Translations under genes and position numbers: made by a program
IMG/VR virus record: IMGVR_UViG_3300020219_000015
Direction: 5' to 3' (one strand)
From: an uncultured virus (IMG/VR IMGVR_UViG_3300020219_000015)
Lineage: Duplodnaviria > Heunggongvirae > Uroviricota > Caudoviricetes
DNA: 64,000 nt
Shown here: in pieces, positions 39,557 through 49,859 of the stretch
Layout of the letters: the number at the start of each line of letters is the position of its first letter
Position numbering within the stretch: the first letter of the stretch is position 1
The notes under the pieces: generated by a model
Seen by the model: the letters and a program-made list of their open reading frames with translations, nothing else
What the model was told of the DNA's origin: nothing
Database searches by the model: none

Positions 39557-42500
39557 TTATTCACCACAACCAAGATCTGATAAAAACTCTTCATCATTTT
39601 CTTCTTTAGATTTTTTAGTAGCCTCATCATGGAGTCTATCTACTTCAGATTTATCTTTAAGTAAATCTTCTTCAGCTTTTACATTACTCTTCATCTGAGT
39701 TTTATCTTCAGTAGTAAGATCCGGTGTTAAATCTGCTTCTTCCATTCCTTCATTATATTTAAACTCTATTTCTGATATGGGCTCATAATATACTGTGGCC
39801 CCATTTTCTCCATATCTTACTACTTTAATAGTGTCTTTAGTCTTTCCTACTACTTCACCCAGACCAGTTTTTCCATATCTGGATTTGTCTTTCATGACTA
39901 GGATTTCTCCATCTTTTATATCATCAAAATTAATAGATAAAGCTAACTCTTTCTTTTTATCTTCTATCATTTGGTTAATAAGTTCCCCTGATAAATTCTG
40001 AGCTTTTCTAATAGCCGGAGTAGATAGATCTTCTATTAATTCTCCTTCTAATAATTCTAATTGCTCCATAGTAGTTACATCTTTAAACCTAGCTTCTAGT
40101 GATCTAGTTGGTACAGGAGCAGCTACTATAACTTCTAGTTCAGGCTCTATAATTGGAATAGCTGCTTCTTTAGGTTTAAGCTCTGCTGCTATTTTATCTA
40201 TTTCAGCAAACTTAGATTTATAGATTGCATTTTCTCCTTCAGAGAGTTTCTCATTATTGTTTATTTTCTGAGCTATACTATTCATCCTCTCTGGGGTGAC
40301 TATTCCTTTCTCCTGGAAGTCTAATATTTCTTCATCTCCAACTACTTCAGGAACTGCTTGTATAACCTGAGTAGGTTTTACCGGTTCTTCTGGAGTAACT
40401 ACTTCTTCTGGAACTCTACCTGTTCTAGTATTGAACTCATCTAATATCTTATGTGCAGAAGGAAATCCTATGATCCAGTTTTTAAATCTTAAACTCTTTG
40501 CTATTTGATCATCTGATAAAGTAGCTAGATTTTCTTGTTCTTCTGGTACTAACTTACTATTCTGATCTCTATAAGTGGATATAAGAGTAGCTCTTAGATC
40601 TTCTGGTAGTTGATTAATTGGGGTGGCTATAGTAATACTTGCTGGTCCAGTAGTTATAGTCTCTCCTCCAGGAGTAACAGTAACATTAGTAGTATCTATT
40701 TTAGTAGTAATAAGACCAATTACCTGATCTAGTAATGTACTATCTGTAGATACTTTAAATAATCTTTGAAAGAATTTTTTTACTGAATTTAGATAATCAG
40801 TCCAGGTTGATTTCTGAGTAACTTCATGAGGAATTTCTTTTAGGAAACTCTGGAAAGTATCATTACTTATAGCTTCAGCTGCAAATTCTTTTTCACTTGA
40901 AAGACCATTTAAAGGAGCTTCTCCATATTTGGATTTAGCTTCTTCTGTAGTAGAATACTGCCTTGCTCTTTCTAGAAGAGAAGTAATATCACTCTTAAAT
41001 TGAGGATCAGTATCTATTCCTTCTGTAGTATATTTATGAATTAGTTGATGTAAGATAACATGCTCTATAGGATTGTTACCTGATTTATAATCTACTGAAC
41101 TATATCTGGCATCTATAACTATTCCTGTTTCAGGATTATAACTACCAGGAGAAACTGAGTCTTTCCTAAAGAGGATAACTTCTTCTGGTTTAGTAATAGA
41201 TAATAATCTTCTAGCTAAAGCTTTCTCTCTAAGAGTTGAGTATTTACCGGTGATTATATTTCTGAGTACTCTTGTTGATATAACTTTTGATTCAGTATCT
41301 GCTGAGTTAAACCCATATTCTTTGGCATAATCTTCATAGGTTCTCTGGTCTCCTTTAAATTTTCTTCTAGCAAATGATTCATATCCTGGAGTAGTATCCT
41401 GTGTTTCCGGTATTGGTTTCTCCGTATATTGCTTTCCAGTTGCTTTTTCAAACTGTTCAATAAGATTAAGGATCTGCTTACCTTTTTCTGAATTAAGTGG
41501 AATTTCTCCATGAGGGCTTGTAACACTATAGAATTTAGTTGGAAGTTTATTTGTATCAGTTAGTGATTCTATTTCTTTAGGATCAAAGAATGCTCCTAGT
41601 TTATATAGTTCATTTAAGAACTCATTGTGCTCAGATTTCTTAATAAATTCTTCAAGACCTTCTCTTAAATAGTTTATTCTATTATTGCTAGCTACTGTAG
41701 CAGCTTCAACTGCTCTTGAGTGAGCTTCTCTAAATGTCTCCGGATTAGTTAAGAAGTTTACTGCACTGGCTAATTGTACAGAATCTTCATTGAGTTCATA
41801 GAAATCTTTAAGCTTTCTGAAAGAGTTATTTACATCTTCATCTAATATATGATCATCAGATAGATTAGCTATTGTTTTTATGTATTTAGAATAAGAGTCA
41901 TAAAGTAATTTAGCATGTTCTGCAGAAGCTAGGTCTTCTTCTTGCTCTGGGGTAGCACTAGTTGATCTTGCTTTAATAGCAGATTGGAATCCTATTATAT
42001 CAAGTTTAAGGGCTCTAAGAGATTCTAGTTTAGCTTCTTTCTTTTTGGCTATTGCTTTATCTCCGGCAGTAGTTGATTGTCTATAAGTGGGGATCTCAAG
42101 TTTAAGTGAATTAATCTCATCTTGAATCTGAGTAGGATCAAATAAAAGAGTAAACTCAGATGAAGAGGCTTTAGCTAAAGGCTTACTCTTTACTGCATCT
42201 TGAGTAATATCAGTCATTCTATCTAGAGTTCTATCAAAACTATATCTAGAAAACAAAGCCATTTTCTTAAGCTCATCAAAAGCTTCTCTAGCATGATACT
42301 CTTGTATCTTAGCTGTAGGATCTTTTACTTTAGATGGATCAAATGGATTAACCATTTTCTTTTCTATGGCATCAAATCTATTTCTAAGATAATCTACTTT
42401 ATCAGTAAAACTATCTAGTTTTTGTGCATGAGATGTATCATTTGTCCCTGGCTTTTCTCCAAAGGCTTCTGATAACTCTGCAGGAGACATCTCTTTTAAA

Positions 42501-44470
42501 GACTTAATCTGATCAGTCAGAGAATTGGTTTGTCCGGATTTAAGAAGAGTGTATATATGATTAAATACACTTTCATCTTTAGAGTCTTGAAAAGCTTTCT
42601 GATCATTATCTCCTATAGCCTGGTCAACATGAGCATTAGATTTCTTTTGAAGAACAAAGTTCTTATCTATTGAGCTAATAGCTTTAACATATTTAGCAGG
42701 ATCTTTCATTGTGTCACTGATAGCCTCAGTAACAGAATTTATATATTCTTGTTTGGCATTACTATAACTAGCATATCCTTTAGGATCAAATATCTTTTTA
42801 GTAAGTGTTGGTATTCCCTCAAAGATTGCTTTCTGTGGGCCTTGGAGAATCCCTCCCATTAAAAATCCAGATAAGAAAGTACTTAGTCCTTGTCCTGATA
42901 ACTGAGTATCCAGACTTGCAGAAAAAGAGCTCTTTAAACTAGCTAGGTCCGGATCTTTATAATCTTGCTCATAGTAACTTTTAAATGCTTGGGATATAAC
43001 ATCCTGAGATGTTTCTTGCAACCCTTCTGTTAAGTTAGCTACAGTATATCTTAGTGATCCTTTAAGTAAGTTACCTGGTCTAAATACATTTTTTATTCCC
43101 GGTAAAGAGTACTTATCAACAAACCTGGCTGTTTTAGATAGAGGATCTTTTACTAGAATCTTACTAGCTAGGGCTCCTTCAGCTTCTTCTACAAGAAAGC
43201 TTTCAACTGGTTTGAATCCTCTAAGAGCATTCTTAAATACTATCTTGTTAGAGAAATATATAAGTGGGATATTAGCTAGTGTTGTAGCAAATCCTGCAGC
43301 TTTAGATTGTTCATATATTTTGTTTGCTTCATCTCCTTCAGGAAGTCTGCCATCATTCTGCTCATAAAAATCATTTACTAATTTCTCATTTAGATCTATC
43401 TGTGCTAATCCTCCTTCTAGTTTCGACTCTGAAGTAACTGCATTGATCTCCCGGATATCTCTATACAGAGATCCTACTCCTTTACTCATTTTAGCAAAGT
43501 TGGATAGGTTCTTTAATTCACTGAGACTTCCAACAAATTCTGCAGTTCTGCTTAATGGATTAGCCCACTTGGCTACACCTAAAGCTGTCTGACCAGCATT
43601 AGCCCAACTAAATAATTGTCTGGCTTTATTTACTGAATCAATAGAAGATAGAGCTTTCCTAATATTATTCATTGCAGTAAAACCTTCACTTAATCTTCTT
43701 GGAAGAGAAGTTATATTAGACACTAATCTACCTCCTGTAAGAGGAGCTGCTCCACTCTTTGTAGCTCCTATAATAGCTAGTATAGCTAATTCTTCTAAAG
43801 CTATTTCACCAATCATACCTACAGTGTGAGCTGTACTAGCTCCAAAATTTGTGATCCATCCTGCTGCTCCTTCTCTAGAAGATGACATATTAGCCATCCT
43901 CTTATTCATATCTTCGGAGTGAACCAAATCAGAGTCTAATCCAATGTCATACCACTCACTAAACGTATCTTTAAATCCTAGACCTGCCATTCCTAACCAA
44001 CCTGAAGCCATCCTACCAAAATCTGCAAATCCTGAAGTATTCTCATTGTATACTTTTTCATTATCTCTAAAGGGAGAGAAGCCTAATTTCTTGAATCCTG
44101 AGTGAGAATAGTATCTATCAAAATTCATATTTCTATAACCTGCTCCATAAGAGAAGGTCTTACCATAACCATATTTGTCATTGGCCCATGAATCTGCTTG
44201 CTTGAGATACTGAGCTGCATTTTTAGCAAAGTCTACTGCAGGTGAGGTCTTAACAGAGGGTGCGGGTCCTGTATTGAAGTCTCCAATAATACTGGAGTTA
44301 ATATCAGTATTTATAGGATAGGCTGTCTGGTGGGCTCTATTAAAATTGGCTTGCTGATCTTTGGCTTGTCTTGCTTCTAGTTCTCTTTCTCCTGAAGTTT
44401 TACCAAAAACTTTCTGACCCTCTGTGAGTTCCTCACCAGGTTGAGTAGGGAGTGTTTGTTCTTCTGCCAT
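39557..44470 (-). CDS. Giant virion ejection protein (1637 aa), N-terminal hydrophobic segments and a degenerate zincin
   Basis: EGLQETSQ...FLSGFLMGGIL; HQLIH...KEFAAE. Confidence 0.78.
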   Translation of the reverse strand: MAEEQTLPTQPGEELTEGQKVFGKTSGERELEARQAKDQQANFNRAHQTAYPINTDINSSIIGDFNTGPAPSVKTSPAVDFAKNAAQYLKQADSWANDKYGYGKTFSYGAGYRNMNFDRYYSHSGFKKLGFSPFRDNEKVYNENTSGFADFGRMASGWLGMAGLGFKDTFSEWYDIGLDSDLVHSEDMNKRMANMSSSREGAAGWITNFGASTAHTVGMIGEIALEELAILAIIGATKSGAAPLTGGRLVSNITSLPRRLSEGFTAMNNIRKALSSIDSVNKARQLFSWANAGQTALGVAKWANPLSRTAEFVGSLSELKNLSNFAKMSKGVGSLYRDIREINAVTSESKLEGGLAQIDLNEKLVNDFYEQNDGRLPEGDEANKIYEQSKAAGFATTLANIPLIYFSNKIVFKNALRGFKPVESFLVEEAEGALASKILVKDPLSKTARFVDKYSLPGIKNVFRPGNLLKGSLRYTVANLTEGLQETSQDVISQAFKSYYEQDYKDPDLASLKSSFSASLDTQLSGQGLSTFLSGFLMGGILQGPQKAIFEGIPTLTKKIFDPKGYASYSNAKQEYINSVTEAISDTMKDPAKYVKAISSIDKNFVLQKKSNAHVDQAIGDNDQKAFQDSKDESVFNHIYTLLKSGQTNSLTDQIKSLKEMSPAELSEAFGEKPGTNDTSHAQKLDSFTDKVDYLRNRFDAIEKKMVNPFDPSKVKDPTAKIQEYHAREAFDELKKMALFSRYSFDRTLDRMTDITQDAVKSKPLAKASSSEFTLLFDPTQIQDEINSLKLEIPTYRQSTTAGDKAIAKKKEAKLESLRALKLDIIGFQSAIKARSTSATPEQEEDLASAEHAKLLYDSYSKYIKTIANLSDDHILDEDVNNSFRKLKDFYELNEDSVQLASAVNFLTNPETFREAHSRAVEAATVASNNRINYLREGLEEFIKKSEHNEFLNELYKLGAFFDPKEIESLTDTNKLPTKFYSVTSPHGEIPLNSEKGKQILNLIEQFEKATGKQYTEKPIPETQDTTPGYESFARRKFKGDQRTYEDYAKEYGFNSADTESKVISTRVLRNIITGKYSTLREKALARRLLSITKPEEVILFRKDSVSPGSYNPETGIVIDARYSSVDYKSGNNPIEHVILHQLIHKYTTEGIDTDPQFKSDITSLLERARQYSTTEEAKSKYGEAPLNGLSSEKEFAAEAISNDTFQSFLKEIPHEVTQKSTWTDYLNSVKKFFQRLFKVSTDSTLLDQVIGLITTKIDTTNVTVTPGGETITTGPASITIATPINQLPEDLRATLISTYRDQNSKLVPEEQENLATLSDDQIAKSLRFKNWIIGFPSAHKILDEFNTRTGRVPEEVVTPEEPVKPTQVIQAVPEVVGDEEILDFQEKGIVTPERMNSIAQKINNNEKLSEGENAIYKSKFAEIDKIAAELKPKEAAIPIIEPELEVIVAAPVPTRSLEARFKDVTTMEQLELLEGELIEDLSTPAIRKAQNLSGELINQMIEDKKKELALSINFDDIKDGEILVMKDKSRYGKTGLGEVVGKTKDTIKVVRYGENGATVYYEPISEIEFKYNEGMEEADLTPDLTTEDKTQMKSNVKAEEDLLKDKSEVDRLHDEATKKSKEENDEEFLSDLGCGE

Positions 44471-47400
44471 TATCTTTGTTGCTGAAGTTGATTAATATTA
44501 GTTATTGGCTTAGATGTTGTATTTAAAGATCTGGCTTCTTCATTTGCCTGATGCTGTAGCTTCTGAATATATTTAATTTGTTGAACATATATATCAGCAC
44601 TAGTAAAGCTATTAATACCAAAATTAGGAGCATTAACTTTTATATACTTTTCTCCATCCCATGCTTGCATGTATCCTGACTGAGTAATAGTTCCTTGAGG
44701 TGTCTTAGTTATTGTAATAGATCCGGCATCTGGATAATCATTAATAGTAATAGGTTTTGTATTGATCACTATATCATAAGGTCCTCTCTGAAACTTATTC
44801 ATAAATTCAGGGGGAACTTTATCCCTGTCCATATATACAGTAATACCTTCTCTGTATTTTTTATCTCCTGTGATACCTGGAGTTTTTGGTGTTCCTTTAT
44901 ATTTAGTCTGATCTGCCCAGTTACCTTCAGGTGCAATATGAAAAGCTACTTTACTAGGATCTCCTAATACTATACCACTAAATGTAAGATCTCCTATTGG
45001 TCTTTTAAGATCACTATCTTTATAATTACCATTAGTGATATCAGCCATAAATCTATCAAGTACTTCTACAGCTTCTGGATCAGTCTCTGGTAACTCTGAA
45101 GAACCATAACCATAACTTACAGCTAGAGCTCCACTCTTTTTATAACCTTGATATAATCTAATACCATCCATCATACTTTCATCTTCTGAAGCACCATCCA
45201 TATGAGAAGTGACTGCATTGGTTCCTTTACCTCCTGTAAATGTATTAGCTATACCACCTAACTGAACTGATGGATCCCATGTTTGGATAACCGGTTTTCC
45301 TCCTACAGAAGGGTTTCCCCGGTAGAGCTTGGCATGTAGATCTAATAGATCATCATAATCTGAAACTGCTGCTTTATAAACATTAGTGTATTCTTTGGGA
45401 TCACTAGTGGCGTAGAGAACAGTTTTATTAGCCCAGTTTGTTGCAAACTGTTCTCTACTAAGACCTTCTGTTACTGATTTTGGTGTGGCATGTTTATTAG
45501 CCCAGTTTGTTGCAAACGGTTCTCTACTAAGAACAGTTTTATTAGCCCAGTTTGTTGCAAACTGTTCTCTACTAAGACCTTCTGTTACTGATTTTGGTGT
45601 GGCATGTTTATTAGCCCAGTTTGTTGCAAACTGTTCTCTACTAAGAACTTCTCCTTTATCTGTAATAAGAGTTTGGAACATCTCTCTTTTGTTCTCAGGA
45701 ACATCAGCTGAAGATTGAGCATATGTTCTTAATCTCTGAAGATTGCCTTTCTTAATCTTATCATAAGTTAACCATAGATCAGTATCTAAATTAACTTTAT
45801 CTTCTATTGGTTTTAGTTCTCCATATAAGCCAGTATATAATTGTTGAGTTACTGGGAGATTTACATAGTCTTTTGCATAAGTATAAATCTTGCCTCTATT
45901 AGCAGCATAGTTTTTTCCATCTGCAATATCTTCAGTTCTGAACTTGTTAGTATTTCTATCATAATCAGAACCAAATATTTTATATAAATCATTAGCTGCA
46001 CTTTTACCTTCAGCACTATTAGGATCATTATCTACCAATGATTGTAAGTTATTAGCTATCTTTTTTAAATAAATATCTTGTGCACTATTTACCTTTCCAT
46101 ATTGCTCCATAAATTTATCTTGAAGCTCAGTCTCAGTATCTATGATATCTGCAGTAGCAGATGCTCCTTGGAATTTATCCGGAGCTGGTTTCCATATATT
46201 ATTATTTAGAGCTCCTGTTCTGGTCTTACCTAATTCTTTTTTAGCTGCTTCATAGGTAAGTCTTTGACTCCAGTTTAATTTCTGGAGTTCTATAGCATTA
46301 AGATGAGACTCATGCATCTCTTGTAATCTAAGAGCATGATCATAAGAACTCTTTGCATATGGATCTGCTTCTATTTTAGTTTCACTGGTTAGATCAGCAT
46401 AATTTTTAGCAGCATGAAGAAGGTCATTAGTTAAGAGAGAATTAGATACTGCATTATCTATTCTCCATCTAAGAGTTTTTTTATCAGCACCTATTAATAC
46501 ATTTTTATCGAGATAGTTTAAAGTCTCTTTATGAAACTCCTCTGCAGTATTTAATACATCTGATTGTGCATTAAAAGATAAATACTGAGTGATAAGAGGA
46601 TCATCTTGATCTAGTCCTCCACTATTATTTATTTTGTTAGCAATGATTTCTCTTTTTGCACTAATATCAGATTTAGAATCAGATACTCTTTTTGTATTTA
46701 TATTAGCAGATCTTTCAGCTGTACTTAATGCATTATTTAAATAGAAATTTTCTGCAGCATCTTCACTTCCATATACTCCAACATTAGACTTCATGAAATC
46801 TTTTCTAGTAAGATATGCCTGAGTATTATACATCTCTCTTGCTACTGGATCACTTCCAAATACTCCTAGAAAATACTCAGAGAGAGGAGTATACATAGCT
46901 GCACCATTTTTTTGAGTAACTATATACCGGCCATCAGGAGACCATGAGATAGACTTAATATCAAATCCCATATCCTTTGCATTCTTAATAGCTTTCTCTT
47001 GTATATTTATATATGGAGTATATCTTGGATCCTCCATAGAAGATGCATTATGATTATCAGCTGCTTTTGCAAAATCTTCAGCTTGATAATTAAGAGCTCT
47101 TACTCCACCTTCCCACCATTTTCCTCCACATCTTTTTTCATCAACACAATTTCTAAATCCTTCTGCTCTTGTTAATTGGTTCTGGTAGTTTTTAGTCCAG
47201 GCCATGTTTTTCATAATGTTCTTATCATCTATCAATGGCTGGAATACTTGGTAAGCAGCATCTGTATTTTGCTCTTGTGAAAGATCAAGTGTTGATACTT
47301 TTTGAATACTTGATTCTATATCTTTGAAAAATTTATCCCGGGTTTCATTATCTACACTTCCTAACATAGGAGAATTAAGAAGAGATCCATAAATTCCACT

Positions 47401-47529
47401 GATCTTGTTATATCCTTGGTTATACTGTGCCTCTTTTCTCTCAAGCCCTGCTTGATAAAAATTTAGATCCGGCTGAAAAGGTTGGATATGTGGTATGTAA
47501 TCGGTAATACCTGGTATATAACTAGCCAT
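44470..47529 (-). CDS. Putative virion cargo/ejection protein (1019 aa)
   Basis: Position in the cargo cluster; contains internal repeats. Confidence 0.72.
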   Translation of the reverse strand: MASYIPGITDYIPHIQPFQPDLNFYQAGLERKEAQYNQGYNKISGIYGSLLNSPMLGSVDNETRDKFFKDIESSIQKVSTLDLSQEQNTDAAYQVFQPLIDDKNIMKNMAWTKNYQNQLTRAEGFRNCVDEKRCGGKWWEGGVRALNYQAEDFAKAADNHNASSMEDPRYTPYINIQEKAIKNAKDMGFDIKSISWSPDGRYIVTQKNGAAMYTPLSEYFLGVFGSDPVAREMYNTQAYLTRKDFMKSNVGVYGSEDAAENFYLNNALSTAERSANINTKRVSDSKSDISAKREIIANKINNSGGLDQDDPLITQYLSFNAQSDVLNTAEEFHKETLNYLDKNVLIGADKKTLRWRIDNAVSNSLLTNDLLHAAKNYADLTSETKIEADPYAKSSYDHALRLQEMHESHLNAIELQKLNWSQRLTYEAAKKELGKTRTGALNNNIWKPAPDKFQGASATADIIDTETELQDKFMEQYGKVNSAQDIYLKKIANNLQSLVDNDPNSAEGKSAANDLYKIFGSDYDRNTNKFRTEDIADGKNYAANRGKIYTYAKDYVNLPVTQQLYTGLYGELKPIEDKVNLDTDLWLTYDKIKKGNLQRLRTYAQSSADVPENKREMFQTLITDKGEVLSREQFATNWANKHATPKSVTEGLSREQFATNWANKTVLSREPFATNWANKHATPKSVTEGLSREQFATNWANKTVLYATSDPKEYTNVYKAAVSDYDDLLDLHAKLYRGNPSVGGKPVIQTWDPSVQLGGIANTFTGGKGTNAVTSHMDGASEDESMMDGIRLYQGYKKSGALAVSYGYGSSELPETDPEAVEVLDRFMADITNGNYKDSDLKRPIGDLTFSGIVLGDPSKVAFHIAPEGNWADQTKYKGTPKTPGITGDKKYREGITVYMDRDKVPPEFMNKFQRGPYDIVINTKPITINDYPDAGSITITKTPQGTITQSGYMQAWDGEKYIKVNAPNFGINSFTSADIYVQQIKYIQKLQHQANEEARSLNTTSKPITNINQLQQQR
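45416..45648. repeat. In-frame 114 bp tandem duplication containing 4 copies of LSRE(Q/P)FATNWANK
   Basis: Units start at 45416 and 45530 and differ by one substitution. Confidence 0.92.
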
Positions 47530-47622
47530 AGATTATGTATGTGGGATAAAAATAGTACAATTTTATTACAAGTTTAAATTAAATTTAATATAAATCTTTA
47601 AGTTTAAACCTGTGATAATAAG

Positions 47623-49857
47623 TTATTCATTATTCATATAATTTGTAATAGGAGTTGCTCGTCTATTGGCATATCCTCTTTGTAAATTATCCTCAGGAGA
47701 AGGATCGAAATCCTGTCCTGTTTTTACATCAAGTCCCATGATCTTAGCTAACTGATTCGGAGGAACATTTGGATACTTATTAATAGCATCTGAAAGAGCT
47801 TGAGCTTGTGCATGGTATTCACTTCCTGAAGGACCTGGTTTCATTTTAGATCCTTTATAGAACCCTTGCATACCACCAGTGTTGGGGTCATTTTGATTAT
47901 GTAGATACTGAGTATTGAGTACTTGGGCATTAGCTCTATTAGTTACTGCATCTATATAAGATGATCTTAGCTCTTGCCGGGCCATGTTTTTGGCATTATC
48001 AAACTGTTGATTAGCTATAGTAGTTTTATCATATAGATCTCTGGCTATATTAACATTAGCTTCATTAGATTTATTCATGATATCAGCCTTCATACCGGCA
48101 AATTTATCAGCCTCTCCAACATTAAGATTATTATACTTCCCTAGGATATCAGCTGCATTCCTTGCTCCTTGTCCTTGTATACCAGAAAAGGTTGCTGCAT
48201 ATTGCTGAGGATTTCCAAAAGCTGTAGCTCCTTGAGTACCTATCTGCATCTGTTCTGCATTAGATGCTAGTTCTCTTGTAGGATCATAAAATGTAGGTTC
48301 AGGTACAAAAGGAGATATAGAAGGAGACCATGGAAGATATTTCTTTACTCTTAAGAAATCTCCTGCAGCTCCTGCTGTTTTAATTTTATCCTGTAACCAC
48401 CATGGAGCTTTAACTCTTTGTTGAGTAAGTTGTAAATCCTTAGGTATAATATTAGATGCCTCTCCTTGTTGCTCCTGAGCTCCTCTCATTTCAGCTGGGG
48501 CCGGTGTTTGTTTAGGTAACATAGCCTGGCCTACTGTAGTGTTTCCAAACCATCCATCTACTGGACTAATAGGTTTAGCTCCTTTACCATAAGTTTGATC
48601 AGCTACTCCTACAGGAGATAAATTAAGATTCTCCAAGATGGGTTTAAATTCCGGAGAATCTGAAAGATCTGAGATTACTCTATAAGCACTTTGAAAGCTC
48701 TTGATCTCATCCTCACTCATAGGATCTAATCCAAGTTTCTTAGCTTCTTTAGTATATGCCTTATTCTTCTTAGTTCCTCTATCCCATGATCTGGTCTTTA
48801 AAGCTTTTTTACTAGTAGCAGAAGGGTGAGCTTTCTGAATAGTGAATATTTGTTTTTGGGCCTTTAGAAAGTTATTGATTACATCTTCTTTAGAATCTGT
48901 TTTTCCTTTATTCTCAGGTTTGTTTTTCCACTCCTCATATATCTTATCTCTTAATGGTTCATTTCCAGGACTGGTTAAAGTAGTCTGAAGAAGATTATAA
49001 GCCTGAGTATAATAATCTGCTTTCTCTACAGGTTGTACATTACCTCCTTCGTGCATTAATGCATTGCCTTTATTTGCCCAATCTTGGGGGCCAGCATGAA
49101 ATGGTCCACCACTATTGTATGGTTTCTTAGATATCTTTACTTTAGATACCTGCATTCCATATTTTGCTGTTGGTTGTTCTGGGCCTGGAGCAGAAGCTAT
49201 CTCAGCTGCCTTTTGTACTGGAGCTTTTAATGGTAAGATCTGATCTGGTTCAATACCGGTAACTGCAAGATAAGGTAAAGCTATACTAGGAATTCCCTGA
49301 GGAAATCCTTTTTTGGCTTCTTGTACAAGAGCTAGTTTACCCAACTTGATATTATAAGATGCTATCATATTTTCTGCATCCTGGATTCTTACTTTATCAG
49401 ATTGATTATCTGGATCAGCTAATATCTTTCTTTGTTCATTTATATTATACTGTTTAGCTAATTCAGCTGGGGTATAACTACCTTTTGATTTTCCAAAGAA
49501 CTTAAGGATATCAGGATCTTTAATCTTTAACTTTTTAGTGTCTGAGAAAATGAAAGAATCATCTGGTAAATTTAAAGGAGTTCCTCCTTCAGAATGTTTC
49601 TTTCCTCCTATTTTATAATGAGCAGCTAGGCCAGCTACATTTGGTATGTATGCTGTCTCACCTTTTTCAGCTTCTAGATTGGAGTCCTCTTCCGGAACTG
49701 GTTGTAAAGTTTGTTGAACAGATTCTTTAGGTTCAGCCCAGTCATTAGGTTTATAAATAGGATAAATTAGATTGCCCTGATCTATTGATCTGAATCCTGT
49801 AGAACCTCCTCCTTTATAAGGAGATGCTTTCTTTTTAATTTTTACTTTTCTCATCAA
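47623..49857 (-). CDS. Putative virion cargo protein (744 aa)
   Basis: LEAEKGE...GGKKHSEGG...IFSD module; glutamine/asparagine-rich C-terminus. Confidence 0.72.
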   Translation of the reverse strand: MMRKVKIKKKASPYKGGGSTGFRSIDQGNLIYPIYKPNDWAEPKESVQQTLQPVPEEDSNLEAEKGETAYIPNVAGLAAHYKIGGKKHSEGGTPLNLPDDSFIFSDTKKLKIKDPDILKFFGKSKGSYTPAELAKQYNINEQRKILADPDNQSDKVRIQDAENMIASYNIKLGKLALVQEAKKGFPQGIPSIALPYLAVTGIEPDQILPLKAPVQKAAEIASAPGPEQPTAKYGMQVSKVKISKKPYNSGGPFHAGPQDWANKGNALMHEGGNVQPVEKADYYTQAYNLLQTTLTSPGNEPLRDKIYEEWKNKPENKGKTDSKEDVINNFLKAQKQIFTIQKAHPSATSKKALKTRSWDRGTKKNKAYTKEAKKLGLDPMSEDEIKSFQSAYRVISDLSDSPEFKPILENLNLSPVGVADQTYGKGAKPISPVDGWFGNTTVGQAMLPKQTPAPAEMRGAQEQQGEASNIIPKDLQLTQQRVKAPWWLQDKIKTAGAAGDFLRVKKYLPWSPSISPFVPEPTFYDPTRELASNAEQMQIGTQGATAFGNPQQYAATFSGIQGQGARNAADILGKYNNLNVGEADKFAGMKADIMNKSNEANVNIARDLYDKTTIANQQFDNAKNMARQELRSSYIDAVTNRANAQVLNTQYLHNQNDPNTGGMQGFYKGSKMKPGPSGSEYHAQAQALSDAINKYPNVPPNQLAKIMGLDVKTGQDFDPSPEDNLQRGYANRRATPITNYMNNE

Positions 49858-49859
49858 TA

